Assembly (NCBI RefSeq): GCF_002803295.2
Contig: NZ_PGGB02000001.1
Span: 42,289-74,288 of the forward strand
Direction of reading: 5' to 3'
Length of the DNA: 32,000 nucleotides
From: Caedibacter taeniospiralis
Lineage (GTDB): Bacteria > Pseudomonadota > Gammaproteobacteria > Francisellales > Francisellaceae
Below the pieces are notes generated by a model. That model was not told where the DNA came from. It made no database searches and saw only the letters and a program-made list of their open reading frames with translations. Positions 1 to 7,890 of this stretch are shown here, one piece after another. The number at the start of each line of letters is the position of its first letter. Positions within the stretch are counted from its first letter, which is position 1. A program made the translations under genes and the position numbers.

Positions 1-1236
1 CTACACGTTAAAGTAGGGGATAAGATCAAAGTTGGTGATAAATTGGTTGATCTGGAGGCAAGTAAATCAGCAGGGGAAATTTTATCTCCAAGTAATGGCA
101 CCATTGAAGAGATTTATGTGACACAATCAGAGCGTGCCAGCGTTGGTGATAACTTATTAAAACTGCGCCTACCCGAGGGCTCCCATGATGAGCAAAAAAC
201 TCAAAAGCGCCCAATATTAACGCGCAAGATTCAAGAAGAAATCGCAAGACAAAATAAGCAGCACAGCATCTACCCTGTAGGGATAAGCACACCAAGCTTT
301 AAAACAGGATCAAGATTAGTCACTAATGATGAGCTATTAAAGCATTTCCCTGAACACAACTCCCATGACATCATTGATCGCACGGGAATTGAATCACGGT
401 TTTGGCTTAAGGATGATGAGAATATCGTTGAGCTTGCAGCAGAAGTTGCCACAGAGGCTTTGACAAAGGGCAACTTAGGTCTTGCTGATATTGATATGGT
501 GATTTGCGCAACGACAACCCCTGATCAATACATATCACCATCCATGGTCTGCTTGATTTTAGAAAGACTCTACCAAGCTTATGGTGAACACCATATCCCC
601 GCCTATGATATCAATGCAGCGTGCAGCGGTTACTTGTATGCGCTGCAAAATGCACGCGATTATTTGCAAACAAGACCTAATAAGCGGGTGCTTTTAATCA
701 CTGCTGAATACATGACAAAACGCATGGATCCGACGGATTTTGATACGGCATTTTTATTTGGTGATGCTGCCACTGCTACCATTATTAACGGTGATCAGTA
801 TCAAAAAGATTCCAGAGCAGTTATTGAGGAAATCTCATTGACCGCAATTGCTGAAAGTGGAGAAGTGCTTAACATTCCAACGGCTGAATCGAAGTACACC
901 CAATTGCAAGGCAAAAAACTGTTCACCTTTGCGGTTAAAACCATGTCGATGATCATGCACAAATGTTGTCAGCAAGCCAATATCGCGCTAAACAGTGTCG
1001 ATCTAGTGATTCCTCATCAAGCCAATCAGCGTATCTCAAATGCGGTAGAAAAGCGCTTAAAAATGCACCCTGGAACTTTGTATAGCAACATCGCTCGCTT
1101 TGGAAACACCTCATCGTGTACGATTCCTATTGCACTAAGTGAAACACTCGATAAGCAATCGGCAGACAAAACAGTTGCTCTTTGTGCTTTTGGTTCAGGT
1201 TTCACTGCAGCTGCTGCACTTTTACGCACAAAGTAG
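1..1236 (+). CDS. 5'-truncated fusion protein: biotinyl/lipoyl-type carrier (single hybrid motif) domain + FabH-like 3-oxoacyl-ACP synthase III
   Basis: Frame 1 is open from base 1 (LHVKVGDKIKVGDKLVDLEASKSAGEILSPSNGTIEEIYV...), so the TTG at 43 in the ORF track is probably internal. The C-terminal ~320 aa carry the KAS III Cys-His-Asn motifs (DINAACSGYLYAL, IPHQANQRI, FGNTSSCTIP). Confidence 0.8.
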   Translation, partial: LHVKVGDKIKVGDKLVDLEASKSAGEILSPSNGTIEEIYVTQSERASVGDNLLKLRLPEGSHDEQKTQKRPILTRKIQEEIARQNKQHSIYPVGISTPSFKTGSRLVTNDELLKHFPEHNSHDIIDRTGIESRFWLKDDENIVELAAEVATEALTKGNLGLADIDMVICATTTPDQYISPSMVCLILERLYQAYGEHHIPAYDINAACSGYLYALQNARDYLQTRPNKRVLLITAEYMTKRMDPTDFDTAFLFGDAATATIINGDQYQKDSRAVIEEISLTAIAESGEVLNIPTAESKYTQLQGKKLFTFAVKTMSMIMHKCCQQANIALNSVDLVIPHQANQRISNAVEKRLKMHPGTLYSNIARFGNTSSCTIPIALSETLDKQSADKTVALCAFGSGFTAAAALLRTK

Positions 1237-1265
1237 TTGGCAGCGCACGGAAAACTGGTTAGATT
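1237..1265 (+). promoter_or_regulatory. candidate sigma70 promoter for topA (TTGGCA-17 nt-TAGATT)
   Basis: TTGGCA at 1237-1242, a 17-nt spacer, then TAGATT at 1260-1265, about 33 nt upstream of the topA ATG. Sequence pattern only. Confidence 0.3.
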
Positions 1266-1297
1266 AATTTTTGATAAATAAAGTTAAGAAAAATATT

Positions 1298-3601
1298 ATG
1301 GCGAAAAACCTTGTTATTGTGGAATCTCCTGCAAAATCCAAGACAATACAAAAATATTTAGGTAATGATTTTGAAATTCTTGCATCTTACGGTCATGTTC
1401 GTGATCTGGAGCCCAAGGAGACATCGGTGGATGTCGATGATCATTTTAAAATGAAATATCAGCTGATTGAACGCAACAAGCGTCATATTGATGCTATCAA
1501 AAAATCAGCAAAATCGGCTCAGGAAATTTATCTGGCAACAGATCCAGATCGCGAAGGGGAGGCGATTTCCTGGCATATTTATGAGCTTTTAAACGAGGCA
1601 AACCTCCTTAAGGATAAAACGGTTCATCGCATTGCTTTTAATGAAATCACCAAGTCAGCAGTTAATGCCGCAGTAGCTAATCCACGCGAACTTGCGATGG
1701 ACCTAGTCAACGCCCAACAAGCAAGGCGAGCACTCGATTTTCTTGTGGGCTTTAAGCTTTCGCCACTTTTATGGAAAAAAGTGCGCCGCGGACTTTCAGC
1801 CGGGCGTGTGCAAAGTCCTGCTCTTAGAATGATCGTTGAACGTGAGCTTGAGATAGAGGCATTTGAATCCAAAGAATATTGGAGTGTCACGGCAGAGCTT
1901 AAAAAACACAAGAAATTTATGGCTAAGCTTGTGCAGTTTAATCAGCAAAAGTGCGAACAATTTAGCTTCACCAATGAAGTGGATGCCCAAAATGCCTTGA
2001 GTCTTATTAAGAAAGATGCCAATGGCGAGCTCATCGTCAATGCCATTGAAAAGAAGCAAAAGAAACGCAATCCACTGCCTCCTTTTATCACATCAACGTT
2101 ACAGCAAGATGCTGTGCGAAAGCTTGGATTTACCACCAAAAAAGCCATGATGTTAGCTCAACAGCTGTATGAAGGTATTGAGTTAGGAAGTGAGGGTGCC
2201 GTGGGTTTAATTACTTACATGCGTACTGATTCAACTAATCTATCGCAGGAAGCGCTTACTGAACTTCGCACTTTCATTGTCAAAGAATATGGTCAGGACC
2301 ATCTGCCAAGCAGCGCACGCATTTATAAAACCAAAAACCAAAATGCCCAGGAAGCACACGAAGCCATTCGCCCTACCTCAGCTTGGCGCAAACCTGAAGA
2401 TGTCCGGGCTTTTTTATCTAATGAGCAATTTAAGCTCTATGATCTGATCTGGAAGCGTACGATTGCCTGCCAGATGATTCACGCCTTAATGGACACCGTT
2501 GCCATTGATTTTGTCACTCAGAATGAGGCGCATATCTTCAAGGCCACAGGATCGGTTATCGCAAGTCCCGGATTTTTAGCCGTCTATCAAGAAGCAAAGG
2601 ACGAAGATGATGCTGGTGATGATAGTGAAGGGCTTATTTTACCCGAGTTTAACCAGGGTGAGAGAGTGCCTGTGGTTGATATTATTGGTAAGCAGCATTT
2701 TACCGAACCCCCACCGCGTTACACCGAAGCTTCACTGGTTAAGGCACTGGAAGAATACGGCATTGGGCGTCCATCAACTTATGCCACGATTATCTCCACG
2801 CTACAGCAACGTGATTATGCGATTTTAGAGAAAAAACGCTTTAGTCCAACCGATGTTGGACGTATCGTTAATAGCTTTCTCACCGATTATTTTCACCGTT
2901 ATGTTGAATATACTTTTACGGCAAAACTCGAAGATGAACTCGATAACATTGCTGAGGGTAAAATCGAATGGATCCCCGTGCTTGAAAAATTCTGGCAGCC
3001 ATTTATCCAGCAGGTCACAGAGATTGATGCTACGGTGAAAAAGAGTGATGTCACGCATGAAGAAATGAATGAGGACTGCCCTGAATGCGGGCATAAGCTT
3101 TCCATTCGCCTTGGTCGCACAGGACGCTTTATCGGTTGTACCAATTACCCTGCGTGCACTTACACGCGTGCAATCGTCAAGGATAATGAGGAACCCGTTG
3201 AAAAAGAAGCACCTGAAATTGTACCAGATCGCAAATGCCCTGAGTGCGCGTCAGATCTACTCATTAAACAGGGAAGATATGGCAAGTTTATTGGTTGTTC
3301 AAGTTATCCCAAATGCAAGCATATGGAACCACTGGAGAAGCCAAAGGATTTAGGAATTCAATGTCCTAAATGCAAAAAGAATAATTTTGTCGAAAAGAAA
3401 TCACGCAAAGGCAAAGTGTTCTACACCTGCGCAGGCTTCCCCAAATGCAAAAACTCATTTTGGTATCCTCCCATTGAAGAACAATGCCCTAAGTGCCACT
3501 CCCCCATTCTATTGCACAAAACAACTAAAAAAGATGGTGAACAAAAGGTCTGCCCGAATGAAGCGTGTGACTATTCTGTCAGTCTCTCACTCCCTGGCTG
3601 A
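1298..3601 (+). CDS. topA: DNA topoisomerase I
   Basis: MAKNLVIVESPAKSKTIQKYLG Toprim N-terminus, DPDREGEAISWH motif, active-site region GLITYMRTDS, and four C-terminal Cys4 zinc-ribbon repeats (CPECG..CTNYPAC, CPECA..CSSYPKC, CPKCK..CAGFPKC, CPKCH..CPNEAC). ATG at 1298 is preferred over the TTG at 1271. Confidence 0.95.
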   Translation: MAKNLVIVESPAKSKTIQKYLGNDFEILASYGHVRDLEPKETSVDVDDHFKMKYQLIERNKRHIDAIKKSAKSAQEIYLATDPDREGEAISWHIYELLNEANLLKDKTVHRIAFNEITKSAVNAAVANPRELAMDLVNAQQARRALDFLVGFKLSPLLWKKVRRGLSAGRVQSPALRMIVERELEIEAFESKEYWSVTAELKKHKKFMAKLVQFNQQKCEQFSFTNEVDAQNALSLIKKDANGELIVNAIEKKQKKRNPLPPFITSTLQQDAVRKLGFTTKKAMMLAQQLYEGIELGSEGAVGLITYMRTDSTNLSQEALTELRTFIVKEYGQDHLPSSARIYKTKNQNAQEAHEAIRPTSAWRKPEDVRAFLSNEQFKLYDLIWKRTIACQMIHALMDTVAIDFVTQNEAHIFKATGSVIASPGFLAVYQEAKDEDDAGDDSEGLILPEFNQGERVPVVDIIGKQHFTEPPPRYTEASLVKALEEYGIGRPSTYATIISTLQQRDYAILEKKRFSPTDVGRIVNSFLTDYFHRYVEYTFTAKLEDELDNIAEGKIEWIPVLEKFWQPFIQQVTEIDATVKKSDVTHEEMNEDCPECGHKLSIRLGRTGRFIGCTNYPACTYTRAIVKDNEEPVEKEAPEIVPDRKCPECASDLLIKQGRYGKFIGCSSYPKCKHMEPLEKPKDLGIQCPKCKKNNFVEKKSRKGKVFYTCAGFPKCKNSFWYPPIEEQCPKCHSPILLHKTTKKDGEQKVCPNEACDYSVSLSLPG

Positions 3602-3660
3602 TGTAAAACCGTAGATTTTCCCCTCGTGACTTGCCATTCAATCCAGGGTGAATTATGCGC

Positions 3661-3908
3661 TAATGGCACTAAGTTAAGCAATAACTACCGCGCCTCGCAG
3701 AGGCTCGGCACCCCTTCACAAGTGAAGGGGAATTTTCTGAAAGCGCACCGCCTAATTCCCCTTCGTTAGCGAAGGGGGCGAAGCCCGTCTTGGAGAGCAT
3801 AAACTGCTTTATGCTCTCAAGGCTGAGCGCTGTAAGCTCTGCGCGCAGCTGGAGGACAATGCGAAGCGGACGGGCTAGTCCTAAAAACAGCTTAACTTAG
3901 TGCCATTA
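3661..3908. mobile_element. MITE-like nested-palindromic repeat element (copy A), non-coding, ~248 bp
   Basis: Perfect 19-bp terminal inverted repeats: TAATGGCACTAAGTTAAGC at 3661-3679 and its reverse complement at 3890-3908. The interior is a stack of GC-rich hairpins (3711-3730, 3758-3777, ~3789-3822) plus a long-range stem (3782-3789 with 3869-3876). It shares sequence modules with 16496-16651. TTATGCGC lies outside both ends (3653-3660 and 3911-3918). Confidence 0.6.
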
Positions 3909-3910
3909 AG

Positions 3911-4585
3911 TTATGCGCGCTTCTCTAAGAATTCCCCTTTTAAAAAGCTTGACACATCCTCAACAAAATAATCGATTTCTGGGTGAGCAATAAAGCGTGC
4001 GTGTGCGGTGTCATCGGCATTTACCAACACAGTTGTCATGCCCATTTGTTTTGCGGGGATAAGATTATGCGATGAGTCTTCAAAGAACACCGCCTGCCTT
4101 GGATCTATGCTCAAACGATCAAAACAATACTGGTAGGCTTCTGGATTGGGTTTTGGTACCAACCCAGTGCACTCTAGTGTGACGACATCGTGGATGATTT
4201 TATCCAGCGTAAGCTTAGACATGACTCGATTTGCATGATAAAGCGAGCCATTGGTAAAAATCGACAAATGCTTGCCTTTAAGCTTAAGCTCACTGAGCAA
4301 ACCCAGAAGCTCATCATTAAGCTGCAAACGTTCCAAGGGCACATTATCAACCACCGCCAAAAATTCATACGGATCGACCCCATGATGATGCATTAAACCG
4401 TGCATGGTCGTGCCAAAGCTGTGATAATATTCTTCGCGTAAAAATTCCGCTTCTTTTCTTGTCACCTTGAGTTTTTCAACGATAAAGTCAGACATATTAC
4501 TTAATTGCAGGTCAAAAAACGTGGAACTCGCCGAATAAAGCGTATTATCCAAATCAAAAACAAAGTGTTTAAAGTTCAAGTTCAT
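3911..4585 (-). CDS. HAD-superfamily hydrolase, pyrimidine 5'-nucleotidase-like
   Basis: N-terminal FVFDLDNTLY (DxDxT nucleophile motif), and C-terminal FFEDSSHNLIPAKQMGMTTVLV typical of HAD subfamily IA. Confidence 0.75.
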   Translation of the reverse strand: MNLNFKHFVFDLDNTLYSASSTFFDLQLSNMSDFIVEKLKVTRKEAEFLREEYYHSFGTTMHGLMHHHGVDPYEFLAVVDNVPLERLQLNDELLGLLSELKLKGKHLSIFTNGSLYHANRVMSKLTLDKIIHDVVTLECTGLVPKPNPEAYQYCFDRLSIDPRQAVFFEDSSHNLIPAKQMGMTTVLVNADDTAHARFIAHPEIDYFVEDVSSFLKGEFLEKRA

Positions 4586-4753
4586 AAAATAGCATCTTAT
4601 TTGATTATGCCCCTAGATTAGAGGGTTTAGCCATTATTTAAAAGCGCTTTTATCTGTACATGCAGAAAAAATTTGCAGGATGTGCTGTTTGAAGCATCAC
4701 TTTTCTTGAGATCTTGGCACGGGCTTGCTGGCTGGTGAAAGCACATTAAGACC

Positions 4754-5599
4754 TTATTTCAATTGTTTAAGCTCGCCCACACTTAAGCCAGTTGCTGCGG
4801 ATATTTGCTCATCCGTAAGACCCAATTGTTTTAAATTCTTCGCTACCTCAAATTTGCCCTTGACAATTCCTTCCGCTCTAGCCTCTGCTTTGGCAATCTC
4901 CATATTATTCACATAAGCATAATGCTCATCCTCGATTTTCTCATATGCCAAAAGTTCTTCTTCTGTCCAGTTAAATGACTTCATTTCATCTAAGGCTTCG
5001 TGAATCGTTACCTCTTGCATAAGGTGACTGGGGAAATGCTCGCCTTCTTCGGCATGTTTGAAAAAGTAAATCCATTTATCCAGAATGCTGGTGAGCTCAT
5101 CCGCGGACTTATGGAATTTGTCCAGCTCGATAAAGGTATAACTAAAATCTTTAAGATAATTCTTATGGGTGGTTTGCTCAAGCATCACATGATAGGAAAT
5201 ATAGTGATTATGTTCTGGCAGAATGGTTTTGTTACAGATCGCGAGGAAAACCACTTCTTTCAAATCTTTATACTCGAGCTTTTTGACACGCTGCCCAATA
5301 TAGGCACGTGAGGCATAGTACTGTGCGCGCTTGAGATACTCCAGAGTCGAAACCACCTGCATTTCGATGATAAATTTGTTGCCATTTTGATCCTGGCACA
5401 TCACATCGACGATGCTTATGCGCTGTTCATGCACCTCAGGCAAGTAAATGGTGGGCAGAAACTCTACGCTTTCAATGCGGCTCGCGCGAGCCAGCACGTC
5501 ATTTAAAAAATGAATCAGGATGCCCTTGTTTTTCTCGGTGCCAAATAAGCGCCTAAAGGCAATATCGTTCTTAGGATCTAAATATTTCTGGATGGGCAT
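4754..5599 (-). CDS. Rpn-family recombination-promoting nuclease / PD-(D/E)XK putative transposase
   Basis: N-terminus MPIQKYLDPKNDIAFRRLFGTEKNKGILIHFLNDVL and the IVDVMCQDQNGNKFIIEMQ core are typical of the PDDEXK_2/Rpn family. ATG at 5599 is preferred over the TTG at 5605. Confidence 0.75.
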   Translation of the reverse strand: MPIQKYLDPKNDIAFRRLFGTEKNKGILIHFLNDVLARASRIESVEFLPTIYLPEVHEQRISIVDVMCQDQNGNKFIIEMQVVSTLEYLKRAQYYASRAYIGQRVKKLEYKDLKEVVFLAICNKTILPEHNHYISYHVMLEQTTHKNYLKDFSYTFIELDKFHKSADELTSILDKWIYFFKHAEEGEHFPSHLMQEVTIHEALDEMKSFNWTEEELLAYEKIEDEHYAYVNNMEIAKAEARAEGIVKGKFEVAKNLKQLGLTDEQISAATGLSVGELKQLK

Positions 5600-6148
5600 G
5601 ATCAACTACCTTGGTTAAAACTGTGCGGATTATAACATTACCCGATTGCCATGCAATTCCCCATCTTTAAGATACCTTTAGGCTGGTGGCTCTTCATAAC
5701 TGTCAAACCACTCATCAAGATCAGAGTCTTTCTGTGACATGGTTTTATATTCAGCTGCAAAATCAATACTCCAAACTCAGCAAGAGCTTCCCGCAACCGT
5801 TATTGCGCTGCTTTTGCAAAGCCTGGCAGTTGTCAAACTATCAATAGTTTCGATATGCCCGCGATAAATTACTTTCGGCAGTTTCTTTTTTCCCGAAAAA
5901 AGAAACCAAAAAGCTTGTCCTACAAGCTTTTTAACGCCAGTAAAATGGAATTTTTGCAAACTCGTGCATATCACTCAAACATACAAAAATCTACTCCATT
6001 TTCCTTGGCTAAAAACTTTAATGGGCAAGTAAGCTACCCATCCCTCAGAACCTGGTGTAACCATAAGCCTCAGATGCTCTGTGCGCATGGAAAGTTTTAG
6101 GCGCTTTGGGTGCAAGAAGGTTTTTAACTGTTTGAGTGAAACGAGTTT

Positions 6149-6252
6149 TAACCTGACCACTTTCAAGTGGTCAGGTTAAAAACCGCGCCCAAATCACCGT
6201 TTAAAAACTTTCTGCGCTGGATTTCTCACCCCTCTGCCATACGCAGAGGTTA
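6149..6252. repeat. partial copy of the hairpin-module repeat family
   Basis: AACCTGACCACTTTCAAGTGGTCAGGTT (6149-6176) matches the CCTGACCAC..GTGGTCAGG hairpin at 16520-16545. CACCCCTCTGCCATACGCAGAGG (~6227-6249) shares the CACCCCTCT stem start with the hairpins at 16554-16577. Confidence 0.45.
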
Positions 6253-6336
6253 TAGCATTAAATACCAGGCTAGGCTGCTGCAATGTCGGTATTACTTAAG
6301 GATAGCTGGACAACACAAAACGCCTTTGAGAGGCTT

Positions 6337-6420
6337 GAGTCGTGTGACGGGAAACTCTCGTGCACGGTTCTTAGGAAAGTGATCGCCAGCAATGACCATT
6401 GCTTATCATTTTCCAAGCAC
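6337..6420 (+). ncRNA. group II intron domain V / domain VI-like 3' remnant
   Basis: 6337-6370 is GAGTCGTGTGACGGGAAACTCTCGTGCACGGTTC. It is 34 nt with a GAAA tetraloop, a 9-bp lower helix, a 2-nt bulge and a GAG..ACGGTTC frame, matching the domain V consensus GAGCCGUAU..GAAA..ACGGUUC. A 10-bp stem follows (6374-6383 with 6405-6414), capped by a 6-bp stem with tetraloop, in the domain VI position. The catalytic triad reads AGU rather than AGC, and the upper helix has one C-C mismatch. Confidence 0.5.
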
Positions 6421-6441
6421 ATCTCGCCCTCTTCTAGACGG

Positions 6442-7884
6442 CTAAAACAACCCATAAACAGGGACAATAAGAGCTACCAACAGTGTAGGGAATAGACCAA
6501 GAAGTAGAATAAGACCTGCGTTAATGCTCAGACCAAACAGCGTCACTTTGTTGGCATAGACTGGGGTTTGGTTTTTGGGCGGATCAAAGTACATCGATTT
6601 GATTACGCGCAAATAGTAGTAACAGGCAATCGCGGACATGACCAAAGCATAAATCGCCAGACCAATATTGTCTGTATCAACTAAGCCCATAATAACAAAT
6701 AGTTTGGCGGTAAACCCTGATAATGGCGGGATTCCTGCCATCGAAAACATCACGATCAACATCAGAAAAGCAACCCATGGGTTGCGACGATTAAGACCTG
6801 CAAAATCCGCCAAATGTTCAACCTCATTACCCTTGACGCTTAACACGATCAGCACACCAAAAGCCGCAGCCGAGGTAAGCACATAGATCACGATGTAGAA
6901 TAATGCGGTAGAAACAGCAAAAGCATCTGGCTTCAGCACCAGTGCCAATAGTACAAAACCAATATGGGAAATCGTTGAATAGCCCAGCATCCGTTTGACA
7001 TTTTTCTGCGCTAACGCCAGTAAATTACCTAAGAAAATCGAAAGAACTGCCAGCACCGTCAATACTTTCGTCCACGCAAACACTTGAGCTGGCATGCCAA
7101 TCATTAAAATATTTACCAACATTGCAAAGGCTGCCACTTTGGGTACTGAGGCTAAAAATGCCGTCACTGCATTTGGTGATCCCTCATACACATCAGGCAC
7201 CCACATATGAAATGGTACAGCTCCTAGTTTAAAGGTGGCGGTGGCAATCATCAGCACCATTGCAATAAGCACAATTTTTGAATGCACTTCATCAGGTGTT
7301 GCTAAAAATTTACCAATCTCTGAAAGATCCAGACTGCCTGTCACCCCATAAATAAACGACATGCCATAAAGAAGGAGACCTGACGCAATCGCCCCTAATA
7401 CAAAGTACTTGATCGCAGCTTCCGCACCTATGGCAAAGCCTCGACGAATTGCCAAAAGCGCATATAGAGGCAAAGATAAAAGCTCTAAGCCAATGTAGAT
7501 GGTGAGTAGACTATGTGCTGAAGTCAATACTATCGCGCCTAAGATAGACAACAGGGCTAACACATAAAACTCACCTTGCGGCAACTGCCTATCCTCGATG
7601 TATTCCTTACAATATATAAAGACAAAAAATGCCACAAGAACGATAACTTCCTGCAAAACAAAGGTTAATTCATTCGATAAGGTTTGCCCTTCAAAACCGA
7701 CATGGACGTGCGTGAGCAGCGATTTCAATAAGATCCAGGCAGCAATGATCAAAGAAATCTGCGTCAAGATATAGGCGATATTCTTAATTTTCTTACCCAG
7801 GAATAAATCTGCAAGCATTACAACCAATGCTGCAGCACCCAAAGTGATTTCAGGAAATATCGTTGAAATATTCATTAATATCAT
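6442..7884 (-). CDS. nuoN: NADH-quinone oxidoreductase subunit N
   Basis: 480-aa polytopic membrane protein, ND2-like, last gene of the colinear nuoA-N cluster. Confidence 0.9.
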   Translation of the reverse strand: MILMNISTIFPEITLGAAALVVMLADLFLGKKIKNIAYILTQISLIIAAWILLKSLLTHVHVGFEGQTLSNELTFVLQEVIVLVAFFVFIYCKEYIEDRQLPQGEFYVLALLSILGAIVLTSAHSLLTIYIGLELLSLPLYALLAIRRGFAIGAEAAIKYFVLGAIASGLLLYGMSFIYGVTGSLDLSEIGKFLATPDEVHSKIVLIAMVLMIATATFKLGAVPFHMWVPDVYEGSPNAVTAFLASVPKVAAFAMLVNILMIGMPAQVFAWTKVLTVLAVLSIFLGNLLALAQKNVKRMLGYSTISHIGFVLLALVLKPDAFAVSTALFYIVIYVLTSAAAFGVLIVLSVKGNEVEHLADFAGLNRRNPWVAFLMLIVMFSMAGIPPLSGFTAKLFVIMGLVDTDNIGLAIYALVMSAIACYYYLRVIKSMYFDPPKNQTPVYANKVTLFGLSINAGLILLLGLFPTLLVALIVPVYGLF

Positions 7885-7890
7885 TTGTCG

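Noticed and set aside
5678-5740. 20-codon - strand ORF MSQKDSDLDEWFDSYEEPPA in the non-coding gap.
   Set aside because: No Shine-Dalgarno sequence, no recognisable family and very short, so it is indistinguishable from chance.
5623-6085. GTGCG pentamers at 5623-5627 and 6081-6085 as possible 5' ends of the group II intron-like element. These would give ~798-nt or ~340-nt introns.
   Set aside because: A 5-mer is expected by chance in this span. I could not identify domain I-IV features by eye. 6081 leaves too little room for domains I-IV, and 5623 would place the Rpn gene promoter inside the intron. Left as something for a covariance-model search.
5777-6495. Six overlapping 63-81 aa track ORFs on both strands between the Rpn gene and nuoN.
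   Set aside because: They are mutually exclusive, lack RBS context and have no family resemblance. Two of them (frames reading ..GKLSCTVLRKV.. and ..VTGNSRARFLGK) are just translations of the intron domain V-like RNA.
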